Assembly (NCBI GenBank): GCA_964347945.1
Contig: CAYGAW010000194.1
Location: 1,303-65,302 of the forward strand
Origin: an uncultured Anaerolineales bacterium
Lineage (GTDB): Bacteria; Chloroflexota; Anaerolineae; UBA7937; B3-Chlor
Reading direction: 5' to 3'
DNA length: 64,000 nt
The translations under genes and the position numbers were made by a program. Positions 8,561-19,195 of this stretch are shown here, piece after piece. The notes under the pieces are model-generated. The model searched no databases. It worked only from the letters and a program-made list of their open reading frames with translations, and was not told the origin of the DNA. The first letter of the stretch is position 1; every line of letters begins with the position of its first letter.

Positions 8561-10203
8561 CGTGGCACTAGGCGGGCGACTTCCTGCAGCGGCCGGCCAG
8601 CGCTGGCTCCAGCGCTGACTGTCGACCAGGGCAGCACCTCATCCTTGGAGCGGGCCCGTAGATACAACTCGGGCTTCAGTTCTGCTCGTTCCATGGCTCT
8701 TCGCCACGCTGACAGAGTAGAACCCTCCACACTCATCAGGGCTTGCCCCACGCGCCTGTCACCGCGAGCCAGGACACCTTGCACCTCGGCCCATCGAATA
8801 CTGTCGGCCCTGGTTGCCACGTTAATGGGTCGCAAGCTGCGTTTGACATAACGCAAGCGCTCCTCCAACACGTCGCGCGGGGCCATGGGCATACGCTGGA
8901 AAGGCGTTTGGGCTTTGGGGACATAGGCACTAATGTTGACCGTTAGGTGGCGATGGAATCGCTCCCGTACCGACCGCACCAACTCAACGATTTGCCTCGC
9001 GTCGCTATCGGTCTCTGTGGGAAGACCAATCATGAAGTACAGCTTGAGGTGGGGGAACTCGTAGTCGGCGGCCAGTTCCACGGCCTGCATGATACTTTCT
9101 GTGGAGATGCCTTTGTTGATCTTGTTGCGCAGGCGCTCCGAGGCTGCCTCGGGCGCGATAGTGAGGGTTTGGGCACCGCTGGCTGCCAGCGCGCGTAGCA
9201 GCGATTTGGGCAGTGGATCGACGCGCAGGGAAGCGACGGATATCTCAGCACCCAAACCGCGTAATCCAGTAACCAACTGCTCTATGTGGGAGTAGTCTGA
9301 CAGGGATGCTCCTATGAGCCCCAGTTTGCGTCGATGTTTGAGGCCTTCTTCAGCGATGGCAAGCAGGACTTCCAGGCTACGCTCACGCATCGGTAGATAA
9401 GCGAATCCGGCTAGGCAGAAGCGGCAGCCCCTGCGGCAGCCGCGGGAGACCTCCATGAGATACATGTCTCCGAACTCTGTCTCCTCCGTGACGATGACGG
9501 AGCTTGCAGGAAACGTGTCCAAGTCAGCCAACCATTGGCGCTGCACAGGATGACGTAGCCCAGGAACGGGCCTTATGCTCACGATGTGCTCATTCTCGGT
9601 GTCTATGTGGTAGAAACGTGGAACGTAGACCCCCGGAATACTGGCCAGTCGCTTCAGCAGGTCTTCACGACCAAGTTCCAAGCCATGCCACAACGTGTCG
9701 GCCATAGCGGGGGCAACAACCTCGCCTTCGCCGATCACGAACGCGTCGAACATCGGAGCCAGCGGCTCGGGGTTGGCAGTGACGCAGGGACCGCCGGCAA
9801 TAAGCAGAGGGTGGGTTTCGTCTCTGTGTTCAGCCCTCAGGGGAATGCCGGCTTGCTGCAGCATGGCAACGACGTTGAAGTAGTCCAACTCGAAGGAGAG
9901 GGAGAAAGCCAGTACCGCAAAGTCGGTCAAAGGGCGCTGCGATTCCAGCGAAATAGACACACCGTCTTGTTCATGGAAGACCCTTTCACAGACTATGTTC
10001 GGTTGCTCGTTGAAGAGGCGGTAGATGACATGCACTCCCAGGTTGGACATGCCGATGCTGTAGGTGTTGGCATAGGCAATGGCGATCGGTAGACGGCCTC
10101 CCCAGTCCTTGTATGTGGTTCCCTTTTCGTTCTTCAGTCTCCGTTTGATGAGGGAGATGGTACCCCAGTCCAAGAGCCTACCTCCTGTTGGCAAGTCTAT
10201 CAC
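8557..10203 (-). CDS. Radical SAM protein with N-terminal B12-binding-like domain (uncharacterised TIGR03960-like family)
   Basis: CxxxCxxC cluster motif (SRGCRRGCRFCLAG); 548 aa; 4-nt overlap with pgeF. Confidence 0.8.
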   Translation of the reverse strand: MIDLPTGGRLLDWGTISLIKRRLKNEKGTTYKDWGGRLPIAIAYANTYSIGMSNLGVHVIYRLFNEQPNIVCERVFHEQDGVSISLESQRPLTDFAVLAFSLSFELDYFNVVAMLQQAGIPLRAEHRDETHPLLIAGGPCVTANPEPLAPMFDAFVIGEGEVVAPAMADTLWHGLELGREDLLKRLASIPGVYVPRFYHIDTENEHIVSIRPVPGLRHPVQRQWLADLDTFPASSVIVTEETEFGDMYLMEVSRGCRRGCRFCLAGFAYLPMRERSLEVLLAIAEEGLKHRRKLGLIGASLSDYSHIEQLVTGLRGLGAEISVASLRVDPLPKSLLRALAASGAQTLTIAPEAASERLRNKINKGISTESIMQAVELAADYEFPHLKLYFMIGLPTETDSDARQIVELVRSVRERFHRHLTVNISAYVPKAQTPFQRMPMAPRDVLEERLRYVKRSLRPINVATRADSIRWAEVQGVLARGDRRVGQALMSVEGSTLSAWRRAMERAELKPELYLRARSKDEVLPWSTVSAGASAGRPLQEVARLVPR

Positions 10204-10448
10204 AGGGGGTAGGGCAACGCAAACGAACCACCATCTCTCCCTCTGGTCCGTCAGCTGCCAATGAGCTCTCCCCCTGAAAGCATTGTCGGCTTCGGAGCAG
10301 GGTCACACCCCATCGACGCGTTGTTGATTGCCGCCCTCCTGGCGGAACGCGACACAGGACCGAGCGCGGGACACTGCAAGTGCGAAGGGCTGCCAGTTGA
10401 AGCAGGCCGGACCGCTGAGTCACACGAGCTTTCTGCGATGGACAAAGG

Positions 10449-10482
10449 ACAGAGAAAAGCCTCGCTCACAGCAGCGGGGCTT
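10449..10482 (-). terminator. Candidate intrinsic terminator after etfA
   Basis: On the minus strand: AAGCC-C-CGCT gctgtg AGCG-A-GGCTT followed by TTTCTCTG. That is 9 bp with one mismatch and a modest U tract. Confidence 0.35.
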
Positions 10483-10509
10483 GCTGCCCGGCCCAAAGGA
10501 CGAGGACAA

Positions 10510-11493
10510 TTACCGCTCAGCCATCATGCTTTTGAATTCCTCTGTGAGTACCGGGACGACCTTGAACAGATCTCCGACGATTCCGTAGTCAGCCACCTTG
10601 AAGATCGGCGCGTCAGGGTCCTTGTTGACAGCCAGGATGTGTCTCGAGGTCTTCATCCCTGCCAGGTGCTGTATGGCCCCCGAAATGCCACAGGCGATGT
10701 AGAGGGTGGGGGTAACCACTTTGCCCGTTTGGCCAACCTGATAGCTATGGTCTTTCCACCCAGCATCAACAGCCGCCCGGGAAGCACCCACGGCGGCTCC
10801 CAACACACTTGCCAGGTCCTCGATCAAGGCAAAGTTCTCAGGCCCCTTGAGCCCCCGCCCACCCGAGACGATGATATCTGCCTCGGTCAATTCTACTCGC
10901 TCCCCAGCCTCCTTGATCATCTCTATGGCCTTCGCCCTGATCTCTCCGGTGTCAACCGGTATGTTCTCCACTGGAGCACCAAGGGAGCTGTCGGGCTCGG
11001 GAGGGGCGAAGATGTTGGGGCGCACCGTGGCCACATACGGCCTGGACGCTTCCTTTACTGTGGCGATTGCTTTCCCCGCGTAGATGGGTCTCGTGATGAG
11101 CAGTTCTCCGTCCTGCACCTCGAAGCCGGTGCAGTCAGAAGCGAGGCCGACCGCCAACCTCGCCGCCAACCTGGGCGCCAGGTCTTTTCCCTGGGTCGTT
11201 GCTCCAAGCAGAACAACAGCAGGTTTGGTCTCCTTGATCAGATCGGCCAGCACATTCGCGTAGCCTTCAGGTGTATAATTGGCCAGCGCGCTGTCGTCAG
11301 CCACAAATATCTTCTCAGCCCCGTAGTGGCCGAGCGGCGCAACGAGATCTGCGATCTCGCTTCCAAGAGCTGCCGTCTCGACGCTACCGCCCAGCTCGTT
11401 GGCGATTCTCTTCCCCTCGCCCATCATCTCGAAGCTGACTTTCTTCAAGGCACCATCTCGAATCTCTGCTATCACCAAGACGTTGTCTGACAT
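10510..11493 (-). CDS. etfA: Electron transfer flavoprotein alpha subunit
   Basis: C-terminal FAD domain motif [16 protein letters not shown]; 327 aa. Confidence 0.93.
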   Translation of the reverse strand: MSDNVLVIAEIRDGALKKVSFEMMGEGKRIANELGGSVETAALGSEIADLVAPLGHYGAEKIFVADDSALANYTPEGYANVLADLIKETKPAVVLLGATTQGKDLAPRLAARLAVGLASDCTGFEVQDGELLITRPIYAGKAIATVKEASRPYVATVRPNIFAPPEPDSSLGAPVENIPVDTGEIRAKAIEMIKEAGERVELTEADIIVSGGRGLKGPENFALIEDLASVLGAAVGASRAAVDAGWKDHSYQVGQTGKVVTPTLYIACGISGAIQHLAGMKTSRHILAVNKDPDAPIFKVADYGIVGDLFKVVPVLTEEFKSMMAER

Positions 11494-11539
11494 CGTATCC
11501 TCCAGCCTGTGCTCAGAAGTTGACTATACATCAGCTCGC

Positions 11540-12328
11540 TCAAAGAATCTTGGCTTCATCTCTGAGCAGATGAGCAACCTTGACAGCATCTTGGACAGGG
11601 TCCTCATCGAACACCTTGCCAGCGACTCTCTCCGGAGGCAAGGTCACCTCCTGGAACGCTATCTTGGCCGCGTCAAGTCCAACCTGATCTTTCTCCACCC
11701 CTATCTCTTCGGCGTTCCACTCGGGGATGACCTTCTTCTTAACGGCCATGATTCCCTTGATGGACGCGTAGCGCGGTTCATTCAGGCCCTTTTGGGCCGT
11801 GACGACCGCAGGTAGGGGTGACTCCACCACCTCATGACCACCTTCGACCTCTCGGTGCGCAACGATGGACTTGTGGTCATCCGCGATCTCCAGTTCGGTG
11901 ACCACCGACACGTGGGGGATGTCGAGGAGCTCGGCAAGGATGATGCCCACCTGCGCGTGGTCTTCGTCGACGCCTTGCTTCCCGCAGAAGATGATATCGT
12001 AGTCCAACTTCTGCAAGGCCTTGCTCAGTATGAGGGCCGTGGCGTAGGGATCAGATCCCTCGAACGCTTCGTCAACGAGATGGATAGCCTCATCGGACCC
12101 CACTGCTAGCCCGCTCTTGAGCGCATCTTGGGCCCGCTCTGGTCCGGTAGTGATTAGAACGATCTTGCCTTCGCCCAGCCTCTCCTTGATGCGCAGGCCC
12201 TCTTCGATGGCGTATTCGTCGTAGGGATTGACCACGTACTTTGTCTCAGAGTGATCTATCTGCCCATCTTTGACCCGAATCTTGGTCTCGGTGTCAGGGA
12301 CCTGCTTGACACAGACAACAATGTTCAT
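11540..12328 (-). CDS. etfB: Electron transfer flavoprotein beta subunit
   Basis: N-terminal MNIVVCVKQVPD...NPYDEYAIEE motif; 262 aa. Confidence 0.93.
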   Translation of the reverse strand: MNIVVCVKQVPDTETKIRVKDGQIDHSETKYVVNPYDEYAIEEGLRIKERLGEGKIVLITTGPERAQDALKSGLAVGSDEAIHLVDEAFEGSDPYATALILSKALQKLDYDIIFCGKQGVDEDHAQVGIILAELLDIPHVSVVTELEIADDHKSIVAHREVEGGHEVVESPLPAVVTAQKGLNEPRYASIKGIMAVKKKVIPEWNAEEIGVEKDQVGLDAAKIAFQEVTLPPERVAGKVFDEDPVQDAVKVAHLLRDEAKIL

Positions 12329-12371
12329 AGGGATCCAACCTCCTTGGGTCTTTGTCTCTCTGCTTCTATTC

Positions 12372-13532
12372 TCATTTCAGCAACGAGCGGGAGATCACCA
12401 AACGCTGTATCTCGCTCGTACCTTCGTAGATTTGCAGGAGCTTGGCGTCGCGCATGTACTTTTCCACAGGGTATTCCTTGACATATCCGTAGCCCCCGAA
12501 GATCTGCACAGCGTCGATGGCGATTTGCATGGCGCTGTCGGCTGCGAAGCACTTGGCGATGGCAGATTCATAGCTGTTGCGCAGGCCTTGATCCGCCATC
12601 CATGCCGCTTGCCAGACTAGCAGACGTGCGGCCTCCACCTTGATGGCCATGTCGGCCAACATGAATTGGATGGCCTGGAAAGAAGCGATCGGCTGCCCAA
12701 ACTGCTCTCTATCCTTGGCGTAATTCACCGCAGCTTCCATGGCAGCGCGAGCGAGTCCCACCGCAGCCGCGCCGACCTCTGCGCGTATCTTATCCAAGGT
12801 CTCCATGACCAGTCCGAATCCTTCCCCCTCCTCTCCGAGGCGGTTTTCTACTGGGACCCGAACATCCTCGAAAATCACCTCTCTGGTGCTGGCCGCGCGC
12901 TGACCCATCTTGTCCTCCTTCTTTCCGAAGGAGAGGCCTGGCAGATCACACGGAACCACGAGCACAACGAGGCCCCTATGGCGCTGAGTAGGGTCAACCG
13001 TAGCCGTCACTGTGTATAGCTTTGCCACGCCCCCGTTGGTGATGAAACGTTTGGTGCCGTTGAGAACGTAGGAGCCTCCGTCGCGCTTGGCCCTGGTCCT
13101 CACGCTGGCAACGTCCGAACCGGCGCCGGGTTCGGTGAGGCAGAAAGCCGCCAGCGCCGGCTCGGCGCAGAAGGGTTTCATGAATCGCTCCATCTGTTCG
13201 GGCGTGGCGGCAATGTTCAGCGGAGTCAGGCCGAGCGTACTGGCCACGAAGGTGCTGTATATCCCTGCACATCCGGCGGCAATCTCCTCGGCGACGAGGC
13301 AGTCTTCGAAATAGCCCAAGCCTGCGCCTCCGTACTCCTCGGGAACGGTGATGTTGATGAGGCCGATGTCGTGAGCCTTTTCCACGAGTTCCCAAGGGTA
13401 CTCTTCGATACGGTCGGCTTCAGCCGCGATGGGGACAATCTCGTTCTGGGTGAATCGCCGAGCAAGCTCTCGCAGGGCCTCTTGCTCGTCACCGAGAGAG
13501 GGGTTGAACATATGCTCTGTGCTGCTGCCCAC
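12372..13532 (-). CDS. Acyl-CoA dehydrogenase (short/medium-chain type)
   Basis: ACAD motifs: TEPGAGSD, the catalytic-base region YEGTSEIQRLVISR, and FGGYGY. The start is ambiguous (GTG at 13532 or ATG at 13511). Confidence 0.9.
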   Translation of the reverse strand: MGSSTEHMFNPSLGDEQEALRELARRFTQNEIVPIAAEADRIEEYPWELVEKAHDIGLINITVPEEYGGAGLGYFEDCLVAEEIAAGCAGIYSTFVASTLGLTPLNIAATPEQMERFMKPFCAEPALAAFCLTEPGAGSDVASVRTRAKRDGGSYVLNGTKRFITNGGVAKLYTVTATVDPTQRHRGLVVLVVPCDLPGLSFGKKEDKMGQRAASTREVIFEDVRVPVENRLGEEGEGFGLVMETLDKIRAEVGAAAVGLARAAMEAAVNYAKDREQFGQPIASFQAIQFMLADMAIKVEAARLLVWQAAWMADQGLRNSYESAIAKCFAADSAMQIAIDAVQIFGGYGYVKEYPVEKYMRDAKLLQIYEGTSEIQRLVISRSLLK

Positions 13533-13657
13533 TCCTGAGGAATTCTGCGCAGACGGGTCCGAGGATTCTCACGTTTCTCCGCCGTCATTGTACCCAAACT
13601 CGGCGGGGTTGTCAAACGAATCCAGTCTGACAGGGCGGGGGAGAGAAACGCGTGTGA

Positions 13658-15889
13658 CTACCCGCACTGAGAGTAGCCGCACGAGGGGCAGCGGAGGCAG
13701 CCTTCAACGAACTCGACCATGGTGCCGCAGTCAGGACACTCGGGGCACATGCCCAGGAGGTTCCTGGCAACCATGCCCACAGCAGATACAGTGATAGTCT
13801 CAGCAGCGCTGTCGTCGACATACCTGTGCATCGCTTTGCCGACGGCATCCGCACAGGATAAGATGATGTTGCCCTCTTGCCAGGCCGGAGCCGGGCAGCG
13901 GATACCCTGCAGCTGCCTGATGATCACGTCCGCTTCGATGCCGGAGCGGAGGGCCAGAGAGATCAAGCGCCCAATCGCCTCTGAATGGGAAGCCATGCAG
14001 CCTCCACTCTTGCCCATGGTAGCGAAGACTTCAAAGAGGCCTTCCTGATCCTCGTTGATCGTGACGTATATGCTTTGTCCGCAACCCACCGTGATCTTCT
14101 CTGTCATCCCGTGGGTCACCGTCGGACGCGCACGCGGAGCTCTGATCGCCCTCTTGCGCTGGCTTTCTGCCAGGCCTCTCGTCAGGACCTGGGACGCCCG
14201 ACTGCCGTCACGGTAGATGGTAACCCCCTTGCAGCCGAGCTCGTAGGCGAGTAGGTACGCCTTCTCCACGTCCTCCTTAGTAGCATCGTGGGGGAAGTTG
14301 ATGGTCTTGGACACTGCGTTGTCGGTGTGCTTCTGAAATGCGGCCTGAACCCGGATATGCCATTCGGGAGCGATGTCATGGGCGGTTACGAGTAGCCTTC
14401 GAGTCTCAGCCGGCACTTCATCTAGGTCTTGAAGAGTGCCCGTCTGAGCCACCTTCTTCATCAACTCATCGCTGTGGAAGCCCTGTTCGTGGGCCAGCTG
14501 CTCGAAGATGGGGTCTAGCTCCAAGAGGGCGTCTCCGTCAAGTACGTGCCGTCTGTATACCAAGGCGAAAATGGGTTCGATGCCGCTGGAGGTACCGGCG
14601 ATGATACTGATGCTACCGGTGGGCGCGATAGTTGTCACAGTGGCGTTCCTTAACTTGGGACCGCCTGGCACGTCGTAGATGGTGCCCGGGAAGTTGGGAA
14701 ACACGCCGCGCTCTTCCGCCAGGGCCGCCGAGGCCTGCCGGGCCCTCTCCTGGATGAACCGCATGACCTCTTCAGCAGTCGTCACAGCTGCTTCCGAATC
14801 GTAGGGTATACCCAGCGTGATGAGCATGTGGGCGAAGCCCATCACTCCTAGCCCTATCTTGCGGTTGGCCAGGGTCATCTCCTTTATCTGGGGCAGAGGA
14901 TACTTGTTGCAATCTATGACGTTGTCCAGGAAGTGTACCGCACACTCAACCGTCTGTCCCAGGCGCTGATAATCAACCTTGCCGTCCACGACCATCTTGC
15001 ACAGGTTGATGGAGCCCAGATTACAGCTCTCGAAGGGCAGGAGAGGCTGTTCGCCGCAGGGGTTGGTGCTTTCGATCTCGCCCACAAGAGGGGTAGGATT
15101 GCCCTCATTGAGCTTGTCGAGGAAGATTACCCCAGGATCGCCGTTCTTCCATGCCAGCTCCGCTATCTTGTGGAAGACCGAGCGGGCCCGCAGGCGTTTG
15201 ACCACCTCTCCAGAGCGAGGATTGATGAGAGGGAACGTAGCGTCCCGACGTAGAGCTTCCATGAACTGTCTGGTCAGGCCCACGGAGATATTGAAGTTGT
15301 TGAGCCTCCATTCATCCGCCTTGGCGGTGATGAAATCCAGGATATCTGGATGGTCTATCCTCAAAATCGCCATATTGGCGCCGCGTCTGGTCCCCCCTTG
15401 CTTGATGGCTTCAGTCGCGGCGTCGAAGACTTCCATGAACGAGATTGGGCCGGAGGCTATCCCGCCTGTCGATTTGACAACATCCCCTTTGGGCCGCAGC
15501 CGCGAGAACGAGAAGCCAGTCCCTCCTCCACTCTGGTGGATGAGCGCAGTGTTCTTGACGGTTTCGAAGATGCTCTCCATTGAGTCTTCGATGGGAAGCA
15601 CGAAGCAAGCTGAAAGCTGCCCGAGACTCCTCCCGGCGTTCATGAGGGTGGGGGAGTTGGGCAGGAACTCGAGGCTAGCCATGGGGCGACGGAATTCCTC
15701 GGCTGTGCCCGCCACGGAAGCTGATGGATCGTATGTGACGTCTACCTGAGCCACGTGTTCGGCCACACGCCGGAACAGTTCCTCTGATGTCTCTGTTATT
15801 CTACCTGTCTCATCCCTCTTCAGATATCGCCTTTCCAACACCGTCATGGCATTGGGCGATAGCTCAAGGGCGGCACTTCCGCGCGACAT
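13658..15889 (-). CDS. nrdJ: Class II (adenosylcobalamin-dependent) ribonucleotide reductase with C-terminal Cys-rich zinc-ribbon tail
   Basis: Active-site loop [19 protein letters not shown]. The C-terminal tail is CPECPDCG...[13 protein letters not shown]. The start was moved to the internal ATG (MSRGSAALE), which leaves a 46-nt gap after nrdR. Confidence 0.9.
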   Translation of the reverse strand: MSRGSAALELSPNAMTVLERRYLKRDETGRITETSEELFRRVAEHVAQVDVTYDPSASVAGTAEEFRRPMASLEFLPNSPTLMNAGRSLGQLSACFVLPIEDSMESIFETVKNTALIHQSGGGTGFSFSRLRPKGDVVKSTGGIASGPISFMEVFDAATEAIKQGGTRRGANMAILRIDHPDILDFITAKADEWRLNNFNISVGLTRQFMEALRRDATFPLINPRSGEVVKRLRARSVFHKIAELAWKNGDPGVIFLDKLNEGNPTPLVGEIESTNPCGEQPLLPFESCNLGSINLCKMVVDGKVDYQRLGQTVECAVHFLDNVIDCNKYPLPQIKEMTLANRKIGLGVMGFAHMLITLGIPYDSEAAVTTAEEVMRFIQERARQASAALAEERGVFPNFPGTIYDVPGGPKLRNATVTTIAPTGSISIIAGTSSGIEPIFALVYRRHVLDGDALLELDPIFEQLAHEQGFHSDELMKKVAQTGTLQDLDEVPAETRRLLVTAHDIAPEWHIRVQAAFQKHTDNAVSKTINFPHDATKEDVEKAYLLAYELGCKGVTIYRDGSRASQVLTRGLAESQRKRAIRAPRARPTVTHGMTEKITVGCGQSIYVTINEDQEGLFEVFATMGKSGGCMASHSEAIGRLISLALRSGIEADVIIRQLQGIRCPAPAWQEGNIILSCADAVGKAMHRYVDDSAAETITVSAVGMVARNLLGMCPECPDCGTMVEFVEGCLRCPSCGYSQCG

Positions 15890-15935
15890 GTTGTTTCTCC
15901 AGCGATCAGCAAGCGGGGTCCGCCTGGCCGCTGTG

Positions 15936-16427
15936 CTACAAGTCAAGGGGAAGCTGAGACTCCAATTCAGCTTCCCGTCTCTTCCACTCTTTAAACTCCT
16001 CGATTTCGTCGGCCAGGCTATCTACGTCCCGGAAGCGGCGATACACAGAGGCGAAACGCACGTACGCTACGTCATCCAGTTCGCGCAACCGAGTCATCAC
16101 CATCTTGCCGATAGTTTCGCTCTCTACCTCAGCTCGTCCTAGGTCGTAGAGTTCTCTTTCTATCTCCTTGACCATCTGCTCCAGGGTCTCGGTGGGAATG
16201 CGACGCTTGGCGCAGGCACGCAGGATCCCAGTCAAGAGTTTGTCGCTGTCGAAAGGCTCCCGGCGCCCGTCCCTCTTCACTACGAAAAGGCTGGTCTTCG
16301 CCACTCGCTCGTAGGTGGTGAAGCGCTGTTGGCAGTTCCTGCACTCCCTGCGTCGCCGGATGCCCTCGCCGACCTCCCTAGTATCTATGACCCTTGTGTG
16401 CTTCTTGCCGCAGTAGGGGCACTTCAT
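15936..16427 (-). CDS. nrdR: Transcriptional repressor NrdR
   Basis: [18 protein letters not shown] zinc ribbon plus an ATP-cone domain. The ATG at 16425-16427 is preceded by AAAGGAGGAGAG. The 216-aa extended ORF was rejected. Confidence 0.93.
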   Translation of the reverse strand: MKCPYCGKKHTRVIDTREVGEGIRRRRECRNCQQRFTTYERVAKTSLFVVKRDGRREPFDSDKLLTGILRACAKRRIPTETLEQMVKEIERELYDLGRAEVESETIGKMVMTRLRELDDVAYVRFASVYRRFRDVDSLADEIEEFKEWKRREAELESQLPLDL

Positions 16428-16479
16428 GGTCTCTCCTCCTTTGACGAGATGGAGACCCGGGTTTGCACAATGCACTAAT

Positions 16480-16526
16480 ACACTATATGTGGCACGTAAT
16501 GCGAGTGCTGCCCCAACATGTTGTGG
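16480..16526 (-). promoter_or_regulatory. Two candidate NrdR boxes upstream of nrdR-nrdJ
   Basis: The 16-mers ACACTATATGTGGCAC (16480-16495) and CCCCAACATGTTGTGG (16511-16526, core palindrome CAACATGTTG) each match 11/16 positions of the NrdR-box consensus as I recall it (acaCwAtATaTwGtgt). Their centres are 31 bp apart, the known tandem spacing. Confidence 0.5.
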
Positions 16527-16637
16527 CGTAGGCCTCATAAAGTTAGCACAAAGGCATGAGTATGGCAAGGCCAGAAGGCCTTTCAAACCTTAAAAGTTAG
16601 GGACTGGGCGTGTTTCGGTGTGAGAGGAAGAGGGGGA

Positions 16638-16666
16638 GGGGGAAGGTGGCGCAGTAACCTTCCCCC
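16638..16666 (-). other. Perfect 9-bp GC-rich hairpin inside a polypurine/polypyrimidine tract
   Basis: GGGGGAAGG (16638-16646), an 11-nt loop, then CCTTCCCCC (16658-16666). It lies between the ftsZ terminator and the nrdR promoter region. Confidence 0.6.
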
Positions 16667-16708
16667 TGGAAAGGATCCTTCTGGCAAGAGAGTCCCGACT
16701 CTGCTTGC

Positions 16709-16733
16709 GCAGAAAGAGGGCCTTTCGGCCCCC
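16709..16733 (-). terminator. Candidate intrinsic terminator after ftsZ
   Basis: On the minus strand: GGGGGCC-GAAA-GGCCCTC (7 bp including one G-U pair, GNRA loop) followed by TTTCTG, about 70 nt after the ftsZ stop. Confidence 0.55.
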
Positions 16734-16804
16734 AAAGGGAGGAGGACAAGGATGTTCGTGTTGCTCGTCAGTACCTTGGACGAGGTACTTCTCGCCTCTG
16801 GGAC

Positions 16805-17863
16805 CTATCGCCGGCGCAAGAAGGCCGGAATGTCGAGATTCTCGTTGTCAAAGGCCGGTATAGGAAACTCCTTTATCTTAGACGTTTCTGTCACGGGCAG
16901 CCGCTTCTGGGCACCGTCGAAGCCGGTGGCGATGACTGTGATCTGAATCTCGCCGTCCTCCATCTCGGGATCCATGACCGCTCCGAAGATGAGGTTGACG
17001 TCGGGGTGAGCCATTTCCCTGATAACCCTTGCGGCTTCATTCACTTCGTGAAGCGTGAGGTCGGTCCCTCCGGTCACGTTAAAGAGGACCCCAGTCGCTC
17101 CGTCGATGGTGACATCCAGTAGGGGGCTGCTGACCGCGGCATGGGCGGCATCCACAGCCCGTGCCTCACCGTTGGCGTGCCCCACTGCCATAAGGGCCGA
17201 ACCACCCTTGGCCATGATGGTCCGCACATCGGCGAAATCCAGATTGATCAAGCCTGGCACAGTGATCAGTTCGGAGATCCCTTGTATGCCCTGACGGAGG
17301 ACGTCGTCGGCCACGGAGAAGGCTTCCTGGATGGAGGCTTTCTTGTCCACCAACTCCAACAGCCGGTCATTAGGGATGACAATCAGAGTGTCAACCCGCT
17401 GTTTGAGTTCGGCGATGCCTTCCTCCGCTACCTTCGTACGATGCTTCCCCTCGAAGGTGAAAGGCTTGGTGACAACGCCGAGGGTGAGGGCGCCTGCCTC
17501 CTTGGCCAGTCGACCGATGAGAGGAGAAGCACCGGTGCCTGTACCTCCGCCGATACCAGCCGTGATGAAGACCATGTCTGCGTCCTCCACGACCTTCCTG
17601 AGCTCCTCCTCGCTCTCTTGTGCGGCCTTGGCCCCGATCTCAGGGTCACCGCCGGCTCCCAAGCCTTTCGTAAGCTTGTCGCCGATACGAATCTGGTAGG
17701 GCGCCTCGGAGAAGAAGAGGGCCTGAGCATCGGTGTTCACCGCGATGAACTCCACTCCCTGCAGATTCTCCTTGATCATGCGGTTAATAGCATTGCCGCC
17801 CCCACCTCCGACGCCGATGACTTTGATCTTGGCGAAGTTACCCAGCTCCGGTATGTAAGTCAT
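16805..17863 (-). CDS. ftsZ: Cell division protein FtsZ
   Basis: Tubulin signature [10 protein letters not shown] and the C-terminal peptide DIPAFLRRR. The ATG at 17863 is preceded by GGGAGGTGG. Confidence 0.97.
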   Translation of the reverse strand: MTYIPELGNFAKIKVIGVGGGGGNAINRMIKENLQGVEFIAVNTDAQALFFSEAPYQIRIGDKLTKGLGAGGDPEIGAKAAQESEEELRKVVEDADMVFITAGIGGGTGTGASPLIGRLAKEAGALTLGVVTKPFTFEGKHRTKVAEEGIAELKQRVDTLIVIPNDRLLELVDKKASIQEAFSVADDVLRQGIQGISELITVPGLINLDFADVRTIMAKGGSALMAVGHANGEARAVDAAHAAVSSPLLDVTIDGATGVLFNVTGGTDLTLHEVNEAARVIREMAHPDVNLIFGAVMDPEMEDGEIQITVIATGFDGAQKRLPVTETSKIKEFPIPAFDNENLDIPAFLRRR

Positions 17864-17932
17864 TCTTTGCCACCTCCCTTTCTTTGGTTCGACCATTGGG
17901 GAATTGTCCAGACGGCCGCGGTCCATAGTACT

Positions 17933-19183
17933 CTATCCTGGCGTGAGGACGTGAAACACGTTCTTGAAGTGCCCCAGCAAGCCTCGTTGGCGCCCTGCGC
18001 CATTGTGACTGGTGTCGGGCCCACATCTCAGAGCCCACAGGAGGAGACCGACGCTGCAAGCATGAGCGGGATCTCTCACACTCTCCACCAGCCCGTCCAT
18101 TTCTTGTGGCGTTCCAATGCGCACGGGCAAACGAAGGACCTCGCGAGCAAACTCTTTGATCCCGGCCAACTCTGCTGTCCCGCCACACAGCACTACTCCC
18201 GCTGGGAGGAGGCCATCGTAGCCTGAACGCTTTATTTCTCGCCGTACGAGTTCAAGGATCTCCTCTGACCGAACTCCGATTATCTCCGCCAATCGATGAC
18301 GGGACACCGAGCGATGCGAATTGTCCCCGAAGGATGTCGCATCGATGGATTCGTCCGGCTCCACGGTGTCCGCCACGGCGTGGCCGTATTTCGTCTTGAG
18401 AGTCTCGGCCACCGTGAAGGGCGTGCGCAATCCTACCGCCACGTCGTGCGTCAAGTGATTGCCTCCGACAGGCAGAACGACCGTGTGCCACACGCTGCCG
18501 TCAATGAATATCGCGATGTCCGTGGTACCACCCCCTATGTCGACCACGGCCACACCAAGTTCTTTCTCGGCAGTGGTCAACGCCGCCTCGCCCGCGGCGA
18601 CAGCCTGCAATATGAGATCCATGACGCGAACGCCAGCGCCCTGTACGCAGTGGACTAGATTATGAATCGAGGCAGACGCTCCTGTGACTATGTGTGCTTC
18701 CACTTCAAGGCGAAAACCTCGCAGTCCGACAGGATTGCGCACCCCATCCTGCCCATCGATGGTATAGCCGCGAGGGATGGCGTGGAGGAGTCGACGATTG
18801 TGTGGTATGGCTATGGCGCGGGCTGCGTCCAGAGCGCGGTCTACGTCCTCCTGCACGATGGTGCGCTCGCCCCGAGAGATAGCGGCAATCCCTTTGCTGT
18901 TGAGTCCAGAGATATGAGCACCAGATATGCCAATGTAGGCGCTGTCTATTTCGTAGCCAGAGATTTGCTCCGCCTTTTCCACGGACTTGGAGATGGCTTG
19001 CGTTGCCTGCTCGATGTCAAGGACGACGCCCTTGCGCAAGCCTCGGGAAGGGGCGACCCCTATTCCTACAATGCGGATCTGAGCCTCTTCATTAAGCTCC
19101 CCCACCAATGTGCACACTTTCGTGGTGCCCACGTCTATGGCAACTATGGTCTCTTCCACGTTGTCCTCCCCCCGCATCTTCAC
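17933..19183 (-). CDS. ftsA: Cell division protein FtsA
   Basis: Actin-fold motifs IDVGTTKV and DIGGGTTD. The start is GTG at 19183 or ATG at 19177. Confidence 0.95.
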   Translation of the reverse strand: MKMRGEDNVEETIVAIDVGTTKVCTLVGELNEEAQIRIVGIGVAPSRGLRKGVVLDIEQATQAISKSVEKAEQISGYEIDSAYIGISGAHISGLNSKGIAAISRGERTIVQEDVDRALDAARAIAIPHNRRLLHAIPRGYTIDGQDGVRNPVGLRGFRLEVEAHIVTGASASIHNLVHCVQGAGVRVMDLILQAVAAGEAALTTAEKELGVAVVDIGGGTTDIAIFIDGSVWHTVVLPVGGNHLTHDVAVGLRTPFTVAETLKTKYGHAVADTVEPDESIDATSFGDNSHRSVSRHRLAEIIGVRSEEILELVRREIKRSGYDGLLPAGVVLCGGTAELAGIKEFAREVLRLPVRIGTPQEMDGLVESVRDPAHACSVGLLLWALRCGPDTSHNGAGRQRGLLGHFKNVFHVLTPG

Positions 19184-19195
19184 CCGGCCAGTGGC

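Noticed and set aside
10261-11490. 409-aa plus-strand ORF
   Set aside because: It is antisense to etfA, which has unmistakable ETF motifs. The product is low-complexity with no RBS or motif support.
10510-13532. Calling the acd-etfBA set an electron-bifurcating Bcd/Etf complex
   Set aside because: By eye I cannot distinguish bifurcating from non-bifurcating Etf. The diagnostic second-FAD/NADH motif needs a proper alignment, and no ferredoxin-domain fusion is present, so no such claim is made.
15936-16586. N-terminally extended versions of several track ORFs: nrdR 216 aa, mraZ 232 aa, murC 532 aa, rsmH 346 aa, recG 839 aa, fabG 273 aa, rpmB 112 aa, yggU 133 aa
   Set aside because: In each case the conserved protein begins at an internal ATG with an RBS or a stop/start junction. 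The extension also overlaps the upstream gene or is low-complexity Arg/Pro/Ala-rich sequence.
17141-18226. 361-aa plus-strand ORF
   Set aside because: It is antisense to ftsZ and ftsA, so it is a shadow ORF. The same reasoning applies to other long antisense ORFs: 14979-15749, 21007-21714, 23877-24656, 27431-28048, 36071-36883, 53729-54469, 59485-60231, 60912-61565 and 61216-61848.
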